Source of the DNA: Nitrososphaeraceae archaeon
GTDB lineage: Archaea; Thermoproteota; Nitrososphaeria; Nitrososphaerales; Nitrososphaeraceae
Assembly: GCA_035250975.1 (NCBI GenBank)
Contig: DATFEP010000004.1
Location: 31,227-95,226, forward strand
Direction: 5' to 3'
DNA: 64,000 bases
Positions within the stretch are counted from its first letter, which is position 1. Every line of letters starts with the position of its first letter. Made by a program: the position numbers and the translations under genes. This document shows, in pieces, positions 20,387-29,118 of the stretch. The notes under the pieces were generated by a model. The model was not told the origin of the DNA. It saw nothing but the letters and a program-made list of their open reading frames with translations, and did not search any database.

Positions 20387-21466
20387 TTGCATAATAAACA
20401 TTCGTTTAAGGGTAAAAAAATAGACCCTCCAAAAGTTTCTCCAAACATGTCTATTTCAGATCTTATTTCTTTCTACAGCTCTACTGGCTTTAATGCTAGG
20501 AGATTGGCTGAAGCAGCGGAAATGTTCAAGAAAATGATAGATTCTGATGCTACTGTCTGTCTGACAATTTCCGGAGCAATGTCCCCAATTGGTTTAGGAG
20601 GTTGTATTTCTACTCTTATAGAAAAAGGTTATGTAGATTGGATTATTACAACTGGAGCAAATGCGTATCACGATCTCCACTTCGCTTATGGTCTCCCTGT
20701 TCGCCAAGGTCACTTTGATGTAGACGATGATATCTTGTATTCGAAGCAGATTGTTAGGATATATGATGTATACATAAAAGAAATAGAAACACTTCAAAAG
20801 CAAGATGATATCATTCAAAATGAAATTGCAAAAATTAACGTAGGAGATTCTACTTCATCGTTGTCTTCATCTGATATTTCTTTTTATTTAGGAAAAGCAG
20901 CCTCAAACAATTCTCATTTTCCAGAAAAGTCGTTTATGGTTTCAGCTTATAATAATAATGTTCCAGTGTACATTCCTGCAATAACTGATTCATCTATAGG
21001 AATGAATATGCTTCCATTACTATTTGAGTCAAAATTACCTAACTATAATCTTATTTCAGATATTGCCGAATCAGCAGCAATTTTGTGGAAAACCAAATTA
21101 TCCGGAGGTATTGAATTAGGCGGAGGTGTCCCAAAAAATTTCTTCCAACAAACTGGTCCAACACTCTATCAAATTTTAAAGATTAAAGAAGGTGGACACG
21201 ATTATGTCATACAATTGACAGATGCGAGACCTGATACTGGGGGCCTTTCCGGAGCAACTATCCAAGAAGGAAAAAGCTGGGGAAAAATCAAGTCGTCTCA
21301 CACGGGTAACGTAATAGTATATGGTGATTCTTCTGTGTATTTCCCAATACTCTGTTCATACGTTCTATCCGAATGCCAACAAAGAAAACCAAAACAGCTC
21401 TACACTTTAAAAAATCAGTACGTAAGGGAAATGAAATCTGAATATCTTAAAAGAAAGTATGTATAA
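20387..21466 (+). CDS. Deoxyhypusine synthase-like paralog (homospermidine synthase-like)
   Basis: TGANAYHDLH, GGGVPKNF, DARPDTGGLSGAT..EGKSWGKI. Confidence 0.88.
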   Translation: MHNKHSFKGKKIDPPKVSPNMSISDLISFYSSTGFNARRLAEAAEMFKKMIDSDATVCLTISGAMSPIGLGGCISTLIEKGYVDWIITTGANAYHDLHFAYGLPVRQGHFDVDDDILYSKQIVRIYDVYIKEIETLQKQDDIIQNEIAKINVGDSTSSLSSSDISFYLGKAASNNSHFPEKSFMVSAYNNNVPVYIPAITDSSIGMNMLPLLFESKLPNYNLISDIAESAAILWKTKLSGGIELGGGVPKNFFQQTGPTLYQILKIKEGGHDYVIQLTDARPDTGGLSGATIQEGKSWGKIKSSHTGNVIVYGDSSVYFPILCSYVLSECQQRKPKQLYTLKNQYVREMKSEYLKRKYV

Positions 21467-21493
21467 TATATAGATGTGATATTGAAAATTGAT

Positions 21494-22087
21494 TTAGATA
21501 GTAAATCTCGAAACTTGCTTATTTTCTATTATATTTTTGAGTTTTGCTTTTATTATGTCGACATTGATTGTATAATAAGTTCCACTACTGGAGAACAGTT
21601 TTGTCAAAGCTCTTTGAAGAATCGAAAGAGATATCTCCTTCTCATTTTTTTGGTCATGAACGAATGCTGCTGCGACTAAGATCAACCCATTCAATAACTC
21701 CTTTTCAGACCCTGAAGCTATTTTCCAAATACCCTCCAATACTTCATGTGACCACCAATATTTTTCCTCGTTAAATAGCTGAATTGATCTTTCTATCGCT
21801 TCTTTTTTTTTAAATACTCTTCCCTTCACTTCTACGAATTCCTTTAATGATGAAATTTCTTTCAACAAGTCAATTATATTCTCAATTTTTTCTTCTTTAG
21901 ATATAGTAATATCTAATTCAATAAAAAATCTAGAAACCCTGCAGTCTCTAACTATTACATCATGTGTTCCTACTGATTTACGAGCATTTTTTAGTATAGA
22001 ATTCGCATCCAGTGAAGAAAATTGTTGATTATTCAGGTAAACCATAAATCTAATCATGCTTGATTTATTTATCATATTTTGTTGCAA
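21494..22087 (-). CDS. DUF309 domain protein
   Basis: LFNEEKYWWSHEVLEGIW...GLILVAAAFVH. Confidence 0.85.
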   Translation of the reverse strand: MQQNMINKSSMIRFMVYLNNQQFSSLDANSILKNARKSVGTHDVIVRDCRVSRFFIELDITISKEEKIENIIDLLKEISSLKEFVEVKGRVFKKKEAIERSIQLFNEEKYWWSHEVLEGIWKIASGSEKELLNGLILVAAAFVHDQKNEKEISLSILQRALTKLFSSSGTYYTINVDIIKAKLKNIIENKQVSRFTI

Positions 22088-22170
22088 CCCGAAATCTTGT
22101 ATAATCTTATTTATTTTGTAGGCATTTTTATAATCATCTTAAAATAAACGATCGAATTTACAAGATTGTC

Positions 22171-22455
22171 TTGGGTTTAAGTCTTTCAGATAAAAAAGAG
22201 TTAGAGTCAATTTTAAAGATTGATGCCCGTCAATTGGATAAAATGATTACTTTTTCGAGAAAAATAGTTCCTTCCCAGGGATCTCTTTATGATTTCATAT
22301 ATGGTTTGGTATTGGGAATGATTCTAGGTAACTATCTTGAAAAATTCTTTCTAAAATATAAACGTGATCCTGATAACGATGAGTTAATTGATATCTACTT
22401 CACGTTATCTTTGCGTTCCCCTAAAATCAGAAAGCTGATTTTAAGTAATTTATAA
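22171..22455 (+). CDS. Hypothetical protein
   Basis: 94-aa ORF with DFIYGLVLGMILG helix. Confidence 0.6.
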   Translation: MGLSLSDKKELESILKIDARQLDKMITFSRKIVPSQGSLYDFIYGLVLGMILGNYLEKFFLKYKRDPDNDELIDIYFTLSLRSPKIRKLILSNL

Positions 22456-22721
22456 GAATTTTTTTTATTAATATATGCTTTGCATTATTGTGAAACTGCT
22501 AATTTCAAGCCAAATTTCGACTAGAAAAAAATTTTTTATGTTAAAATTTATTTATGAATTATTTAACGATGATCTGAAAAATGAAGTTATGCAAATGAAC
22601 ACGCAACAAATCATTAATCCATTCTTTTGATATATTTATTTAAAGATGCCCTAAGTGTTAAGATATATAGTCCGCAATATTTTTCAATTACATTTTTAAC
22701 CAAGATTCACAATTTTTTTTT

Positions 22722-22946
22722 ATGGCCAATGATCCAGAATTTGGATTAGCTGTTATGAGCAGACTAATTAAGAAGGCAGGTGCTGATAGAGTTAGTGATG
22801 AAGCAGCAAATGAATTGAGGCTTATCTTAGAAGAAATTGCAATAGAAATTTCAAAGACTGCAATACTTTTGTCTAATCATGCAAGACGAAAAACTATAAA
22901 ATCAGAAGACATATTGCTTGCGTACAAAAACACAATTAGAAGATGA
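22722..22946 (+). CDS. Archaeal histone (HMf-like)
   Basis: RLIKKAGADRVS..A...HARRKTIKSEDI histone fold. Confidence 0.95.
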   Translation: MANDPEFGLAVMSRLIKKAGADRVSDEAANELRLILEEIAIEISKTAILLSNHARRKTIKSEDILLAYKNTIRR

Positions 22947-23066
22947 TTCTTATCAAATCCTTATACTTAATTAATTTAGTATTGAAAAATAATATTTTGA
23001 AATTTTGAATCTCTTGTTCTTAATCTCGCTCAAATTTATATGACGCCATTTTATGGCTATTGTTAT

Positions 23067-23151
23067 GGTGGGGTGGCAGAGCGGCTATGCGTTCGCCTGC
23101 AGAAAAATCATAGAAAGCGAATTTATAAGGGTTCGAATCCCTTCCCCACCT
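23067..23151 (+). tRNA. tRNA-Cys(GCA) with 13-nt intron at 37/38 (23103-23115)
   Basis: Acceptor GGTGGGG/CCCCACC plus U73; anticodon stem TTCGC/GCGAA; CT-GCA-G; T-arm AAGGGTTCGAATCCCTT; CCA not encoded. Confidence 0.93.
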
Positions 23152-23204
23152 TAAATAATTTTTATATGATGATAATCATTTCTTTAGATATGGAAGTATA
23201 TTCT

Positions 23205-23546
23205 TTACTTTGTATAGGTCTCTTTTAGCGCTTGACCATAGGTTAGAATTGCTCTCTTTCTTAGGTATGGGATAAGTCGATAATGTAGAGAATAAGTATT
23301 TTCTTCTTTTATAAGAATTCCCTTCACCACCAATGAAATGAGTCCTCCAGAAAGCTTAGAAGATGGTATGGGATTATCTCTTGAAAAATTAATTCTCTTT
23401 AATTGATATTCATCTTTTGAAAAATATGGTTTATTTTTTTCTAGTATTAATGGCCATACAATCATTTCCCAAATTAATCGTCTATATTCTGTTGAATGAG
23501 CATGTTTGCCTTTGGGATTCAAGTTGCTATTTTTACTAGAAGTCAT
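23205..23546 (-). CDS. Hypothetical protein (possible winged helix)
   Basis: 113 aa, basic, LSGGLISLVVKGILIKE..YSLH. Confidence 0.65.
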   Translation of the reverse strand: MTSSKNSNLNPKGKHAHSTEYRRLIWEMIVWPLILEKNKPYFSKDEYQLKRINFSRDNPIPSSKLSGGLISLVVKGILIKEENTYSLHYRLIPYLRKRAILTYGQALKETYTK

Positions 23547-23753
23547 TTTTCATTAATGATATATTTTCATTATCCAACTTGGTTTTATAATCTAATACTT
23601 TAACGTGTAATTTTGGTTTTCTAGAGTATTATAATCTTTTTAATTTAACAATTACTTGTTATTTTGTAATCAAATTAATATTCTGATAAAAAATTTAAAC
23701 TATATAAAACAACATAAAAAACAATATAAAAACCTCATAAAATATATCTAATC

Positions 23754-23918
23754 ATGATAATTATGCTAGCGTTATATATTTATGCAATTCTTCCTGAAGG
23801 GATGGTTGTAAATGAAACATTATTTTTTTCCTTTCTTGTTATTATGCTAATATTATTAGTTATTGCATTTATACTAAGAAGGAGAAGAATTGGTCCAGAT
23901 GAACCTCACTCGAATTAA
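23754..23918 (+). CDS. Small membrane protein (up to 54 aa), not in the ORF track
   Basis: MIIMLALYIYAILPEGMVVNETLFFSFLVIMLILLVIAFILRRRRIGPDEPHSN: TM helix followed by RRRR. Alternative in-frame starts at 23763 and 23802. Confidence 0.55.
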   Translation: MIIMLALYIYAILPEGMVVNETLFFSFLVIMLILLVIAFILRRRRIGPDEPHSN

Positions 23919-23964
23919 TATTAGATAATCTTAACAATTTTTACATAACCGTTGAAATAATCGT

Positions 23965-24675
23965 TTATTTACTATACTCATGTAATGTATTGGTTATCAT
24001 TAGGATATCCTCTTTAGTTTTGGCTAATTTTGCTATTTTTACGCTATCCCTTATGTCTCTGGATTTAAGTTTATTCCAAACACTCTCTGAAATTGTATTG
24101 GCTAAATCATGGTTTGTTCCGTTATTTACTAGTATTTTATTTGAAATTTCAATGAATTTGTTTCGATTATATGGTTTCAGATGAAAAATCATGAATCTGG
24201 ATAAAATAGGAGTTAATAATCTTTCTTTATTGTTACATGTGGCAAAAACCCATGTTTTTAGTTGGGTATTTCTAGTTTTTTGTGACTTCGTTTCAGATAA
24301 TATACCAGTTTCCATAAGGCTCAAAAGAATTGTTTGATCCTTGTAAGGCATGTGCTCAATCTCATCAATTAACAAATACCTCGGTCGATTTTCAAATAAA
24401 TAATCGATCATTCCAGCCTTTGTACTGTGGCTACCCAAGGTAAAGAAAGATCTTTCAAGTTTCATACATTCTAGCATGAATAATGTTTTAGCAGATGCAG
24501 GAGGTCCAACCAAAAGTATATGAACGGGTTTATCAGATTCTAAAGACATTTTAAAAATCTGTTTAATATCGTTATAACCAACTATATCTTCAAAAAGGAT
24601 CTCATTAATACAGGATGGATCGCAATTAGAAAAAACTTTTTTTGAATTTACACTCAGCGATTTGCTTTTGCTCAT
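23965..24675 (-). CDS. Stand-alone AAA+ ATPase (RuvB/MCM-like)
   Basis: Walker A GPPASAKT, Walker B LLIDEIE, ATCN sensor I, LSRF Arg finger. Confidence 0.88.
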   Translation of the reverse strand: MSKSKSLSVNSKKVFSNCDPSCINEILFEDIVGYNDIKQIFKMSLESDKPVHILLVGPPASAKTLFMLECMKLERSFFTLGSHSTKAGMIDYLFENRPRYLLIDEIEHMPYKDQTILLSLMETGILSETKSQKTRNTQLKTWVFATCNNKERLLTPILSRFMIFHLKPYNRNKFIEISNKILVNNGTNHDLANTISESVWNKLKSRDIRDSVKIAKLAKTKEDILMITNTLHEYSK

Positions 24676-24862
24676 CAGAGGTAATAATCTATTTTAGCTT
24701 ATAGATTTATTGATTTCTAAACATATTTTTCTCTGTTAACTCAATTTCTCTTATTTTATGACACTTGCATTTTGATTAAATATCTCCATAATTAATATAA
24801 ATTTTTTATTGTGAACCTATCTCGTTTTCAAAAAAAAGAAACAATTGAAAGAGGCTCATTTT

Positions 24863-25513
24863 TTATAGCTCTTCCCATTCACATGAATATTCTGGACTAA
24901 TTTCCCATAATTTCAAGAACGATTTGTAATAAATATCAAAAATTTCATGGTTTTTCCTCTTGAGCAATTGAATAATCTTTCTATTCTGAGATTTTATTCC
25001 GAATAAGAAATGCTCGACTAATATCGTACCATTAGATTCTATGTCCTGATCAATTGTGATGGTGTTATGAGTTAATATCGTCTTGTAGCACCTTATCTCA
25101 AAGTTAGCTAATTCATTTGTTGAAAGTGATATTATTTTCATATTACAAAGTCTCGATAGACACGATGTTAAATTTTCTTCAATTTTGGGATAGACTGTTA
25201 AATACTTGATATGATCTAATAAATCTGATTTTGGATCGCAAATCAAGATTTTTATTTTTATATTATTTTTTAAAATATTTTTGAAAACCTCGATGTAATT
25301 AAATGAGAAGATCTGATCCAAAGTAACACAGGCAATGCATATTTCTTTCTTGGCACTTACCAATATGTCAAAGATCTTGACATTTTCCTTCGAAAATATG
25401 TCGATGGTATCCTCCTTACTTTCTTTTTTTAAAATGTCTTTAATCCTGGATGTCACAAAAGGTGAAAATGAAGAGATATTGGTTCCTTTTTCTATAATGT
25501 TTTTTACAGTCAA
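24863..25513 (-). CDS. Hypothetical protein, DUF5919/PLD-like fold
   Basis: SAKKEICI...IKIKILICDPKS...EIRCY...ITID...ILVEHF...FLKLWE pattern. Confidence 0.55.
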   Translation of the reverse strand: MTVKNIIEKGTNISSFSPFVTSRIKDILKKESKEDTIDIFSKENVKIFDILVSAKKEICIACVTLDQIFSFNYIEVFKNILKNNIKIKILICDPKSDLLDHIKYLTVYPKIEENLTSCLSRLCNMKIISLSTNELANFEIRCYKTILTHNTITIDQDIESNGTILVEHFLFGIKSQNRKIIQLLKRKNHEIFDIYYKSFLKLWEISPEYSCEWEEL

Positions 25514-25758
25514 TTATACATTAATTGATAGAATTCAAATAAAAATACTTTTTTTTGTTTATACAATTTCAATTTTTATTTTTTAAACAATCTCTATTTA
25601 TTAACAATATGTGTTTCTCTATCTAAAAACTGCAAATGCAATAATATTATCATAAATATATTTTTAGCTATAAATACGATATTAATTTTTTTTAAGTTAA
25701 AGTCAGAGAAAACTAGCTTATATTCTTTTTAACGTTATTTTGATATAACATACAGGAT

Positions 25759-25968
25759 TTGACTACAACTCCCTCCAAATTAAAATTTAGACTAAATTAC
25801 AAACCAATAAATTATGATCTTAAAACCGGTATGTTCGAGGTGAATTCTGAAAAATATTCTAGATATGAAGAAGCACGTGCTAATCATTGGCGCTGTGATA
25901 AATGCGGAAACAGATTTTCAACTTTTAAGAAACTTCGTCAACATAAAAAAGAAATTCATGCCTATTGA
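25759..25968 (+). CDS. C2H2 zinc-finger protein
   Basis: CDKCGNRFSTFKKLRQHKKEIH. Confidence 0.8.
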   Translation: MTTTPSKLKFRLNYKPINYDLKTGMFEVNSEKYSRYEEARANHWRCDKCGNRFSTFKKLRQHKKEIHAY

Positions 25969-26069
25969 TTGTTATTTATATTTATTTTGACCTCTATTCT
26001 GCCTTTTTCATGCTTAATTAGTGAAATTTTATATCAATATTTTTATTGTGGTCTATTTACTCAATAAGC

Positions 26070-26207
26070 ATGGAAGGATATTGCGTTAAATGTAAATCAA
26101 AGAGAGAAATGCTGAATGAAAAGAAAGTAACCATGAAAAATGGTAGACCAGCAACACAGGGAACTTGTGGCGTTTGTGGAACAAAGATGTTCAAGATTGG
26201 TAAATAA
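26070..26207 (+). CDS. 45-aa DUF5679-like zinc-binding microprotein, not in the ORF track
   Basis: MEGYCVKCKSKREMLNEKKVTMKNGRPATQGTCGVCGTKMFKIGK. Confidence 0.88.
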   Translation: MEGYCVKCKSKREMLNEKKVTMKNGRPATQGTCGVCGTKMFKIGK

Positions 26208-26419
26208 ATTTAAAAATAAAACATTATAGAAGGATAATGTTTTATATTTACTTTTTTTAGATTTACATTTAAATTATCTTTATCTCGAAAAATTATTTGA
26301 ATATTCAATTTTAAAAATTATAAATAATTTTTTTTACTTATTTATTTCCTAAAATAATAGTAGAAAGTTATAAGAGAATTATTATTAATTTAAATATAGT
26401 GCTATGAGGATGATATTGT

Positions 26420-27829
26420 ATGAATTTTTCAGTCGTCTTTTTTTTGACAATCTTTATTGGATTGTTTATCATTCCTCATTTAGGTGAAATACAATTTGTT
26501 TATCCACAACAAATGAATGAAGATAATCCTGTAGATTCCTTTACTAGACCAGTATCAGTTAAAATTACATCTCACTCGGAGGGGGAGAAAGTACCTGTTG
26601 GAAAGTTGACTATTTCAGGGATATCAAGTGACGATTCGGACAGAAATTGTTTGGTATATGTAGATTGGAATAACAAGAAACCGTTTCAGCAAGTTAGAGC
26701 GTCTGGTCCTGGCGGAGTAGATGATTTTTCTGAATGGTTTTTTATTTATGATTCGAATTACCACCAAATAATGGAAGGAAACAATGACCTTACCTCCAAG
26801 ATAATGTGCGTAGATGATAATGCTCAGTCCGGAACAAAATGGTACTCAATAAATTTGATAGGAATTTTGAACCCTTCTATGGTTGAATCCATCCAAAGGA
26901 ATAACACTGTGAAAATGCCAGATGAACCCTTTCAAAATATTATTCCCGGTTTTAACTCCAATCCTGAAAACATAATAGGAGAAAACAATTTACCAAATCC
27001 AAATCTTCCATCAGTCAAAGAACCTTCACAGAATATTATTCCCGGTTTTAACTCCAATCCTGAAAACATAATAGGAGAAAACAATTTACCAAATCCAAAT
27101 CTTCCATCAGTCAAAGCAGGTTTAAAACCCTTGCCAAATTCAGATGGAAATGATGCTATTTATGAAGAAAATAGGGAAATCGAATCCATACCTCAAACCA
27201 ATACTTCTATTCTGGAAACAAATATGACGAACTTCCAGAATATTCAAAACAACTTTACTAATGTCAATAATGATTCTGGGATTGATATGATTGATGCCAC
27301 TAATGATCAAATAACTGTTGAGGAAAATTCAAATAATTCCTCCATAAATACAAATAATCTCAATATTCCAATTTTTGATGAAAACACAATGAGGGATAAT
27401 AATTTGAATTTAACTTCTGAAAAAAGAACAAATGAAGTGTTATCTGACAAATTCAACGTAATTCTTTCTTTACCTGATAACATTGCTTTAGGTAATACAT
27501 ATACCTTAGAAATTTCAGTAATTAATAATGGTTCCTTGCCAATACACGATGCCATTATATCTGGTGAGATATACAACAGTGATAGCTTAACTTATGACAA
27601 AATAAAATTTTTTGGCAAGACAGATATTGACGGTTCCTACAAATTTCCATTAGAGATTAATAAAATTTTTCCAACGGGAGAATATAGTATTAAAGTTTTA
27701 GCTACAAAACTTGGATCTCCAGACAGTGTTGTTTCTAAATCCTTTATGGTATCAGATAATTTTAAATCATCTAACAGTCAAGACATACCTTTAGGAGGTA
27801 ACGTTACAAATGAAGTTAAAAATAATTAA
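26420..27829 (+). CDS. Secreted or surface protein: N-terminal Ig-like domain, Asn-rich linker, C-terminal Ig-like domain
   Basis: Signal peptide; VKITS...LTISGISSD...C.VYVDWNNKKPFQ...GPGGVDDFSEW...EGNNDLTSKIMC; many N-x-S/T sequons. Confidence 0.8.
   Translation: MNFSVVFFLTIFIGLFIIPHLGEIQFVYPQQMNEDNPVDSFTRPVSVKITSHSEGEKVPVGKLTISGISSDDSDRNCLVYVDWNNKKPFQQVRASGPGGVDDFSEWFFIYDSNYHQIMEGNNDLTSKIMCVDDNAQSGTKWYSINLIGILNPSMVESIQRNNTVKMPDEPFQNIIPGFNSNPENIIGENNLPNPNLPSVKEPSQNIIPGFNSNPENIIGENNLPNPNLPSVKAGLKPLPNSDGNDAIYEENREIESIPQTNTSILETNMTNFQNIQNNFTNVNNDSGIDMIDATNDQITVEENSNNSSINTNNLNIPIFDENTMRDNNLNLTSEKRTNEVLSDKFNVILSLPDNIALGNTYTLEISVINNGSLPIHDAIISGEIYNSDSLTYDKIKFFGKTDIDGSYKFPLEINKIFPTGEYSIKVLATKLGSPDSVVSKSFMVSDNFKSSNSQDIPLGGNVTNEVKNN
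26924..27115 (+). repeat. In-frame tandem duplication, 2 x 96 bp (32 aa)
   Basis: EPFQNIIPGFNSNPENIIGENNLPNPNLPSVK / EPSQNIIPGF...PSVK; copies start at 26924 and 27020 and are nearly identical. Confidence 0.95.
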
Positions 27830-28333
27830 TACTTCTATCGATTTATAACAACAATCGTAAAAATACTTAATGATCAGGATAAAATGGATTTATTAAATAA
27901 TTCTAGTGCAACTCTACCGTTTAAGTCGAGGAATTCTCCATCGACGGACAATTTCGAACAGCTGCCAACTTTTGAACAGCCACAAGAGGAGCAGAATCCC
28001 TCTTCATTTGTTGAAATGCCTTCGTTTAGTTTACTATCACTTTTTCTTTGAGTTTTTAATAGTAACGCAAATTAAGATTTAAATAAAATTCTTACAATCA
28101 TGAATATTAAATGAACTTGGCTTGATTTGTTACATTTTTTCGGAAGTAAAATTTCACAATTCTACGATAAAACCGTTTCTAAAGGCTTTATCAATCCAAT
28201 AGCAGACATATAAGATCTGAAGAGGTATCATTTATACAAAAAATAGATTAATTATACTTAAAGTATCTTTTATAAAAGAGGTATCTAAATAAGAAAAAAA
28301 GTACTAATAATTATGCTTTCATTGAAAGTTCAT

Positions 28334-28813
28334 TTATTTTCTAGTAAATTTTTCAATTATTTTTTTATGTTCTGGAAATAAAGAAAGTAGTTTATCCCTC
28401 TCTCCTAACTCATAATGCTCAAATTCAAATCCTGGAATGACTGTACATCCTACAAGTGAATATGACAATTTGTTATTTACTTGTGCTGCTAGCCAATTAT
28501 CACTCTCTATCACAATCTCCAAACTGTCTTTTTTCTTATAATTATTTCCTAATACTTTTCTAGTTAACCTAGAATTTCTTTCATTAATGATAAATAAGGT
28601 TAAACTACTACCATAATAAAAATGCCATATCTCGTCAGCATCTATCTTGTGAAAAGAAGAAAAATCATTACCATCTAGTAGGTAATATATGGATGTTACA
28701 AATGACCTGTTATTTCTACTCCCTTGGGATCGATAGGTCTCTCTAAAGTATCCTCCCTCGGGATGTTTTGAAAGGCATAATTCATTAATCCAATGTGATG
28801 AATTCAATATCAT
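28334..28813 (-). CDS. Cupin_5 (DUF985) protein
   Basis: KHPEGGYFRETY, TSIYYLL, SSFH...DEIWHFY, LVGCTVIPGFEF. Confidence 0.92.
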   Translation of the reverse strand: MILNSSHWINELCLSKHPEGGYFRETYRSQGSRNNRSFVTSIYYLLDGNDFSSFHKIDADEIWHFYYGSSLTLFIINERNSRLTRKVLGNNYKKKDSLEIVIESDNWLAAQVNNKLSYSLVGCTVIPGFEFEHYELGERDKLLSLFPEHKKIIEKFTRK

Positions 28814-28835
28814 CTTGGATAATGAAATTTCTTGG

Positions 28836-28976
28836 TTGAGATATTAATATTTCCACATATTGAGATATTAATATTGTCACTGAATTTTTTTAAGTATCAC
28901 AAATATTAATGTCAGCTCATTTGTTATTTAAAATTAGATTCAGATCCATTAATATTAAAATTCCTCCAAATTGGAG
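28836..28976. promoter_or_regulatory. Candidate operator sites between the divergent cupin and MCO genes
   Basis: TTGAGATATTAATATT twice (28836, 28860) and inverted repeat CTCCAA-A-TTGGAG (28964-28976). Confidence 0.35.
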
Positions 28977-29118
28977 ATTTGGAATTTTGGTTACTTAGGA
29001 ATACGATAGAAAAAAATCACATATTTTTTATTTAAATCTTATATCTAAATTAACTCGTTAAATTTATTATTTGAATATTAGGTGATAGGTACCTTGAACT
29101 TTTAATCCATCACATTAT

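Noticed and set aside
23040-23228. 62-aa ORF on +
   Set aside because: It overlaps the tRNA-Cys gene and is a by-product of it.
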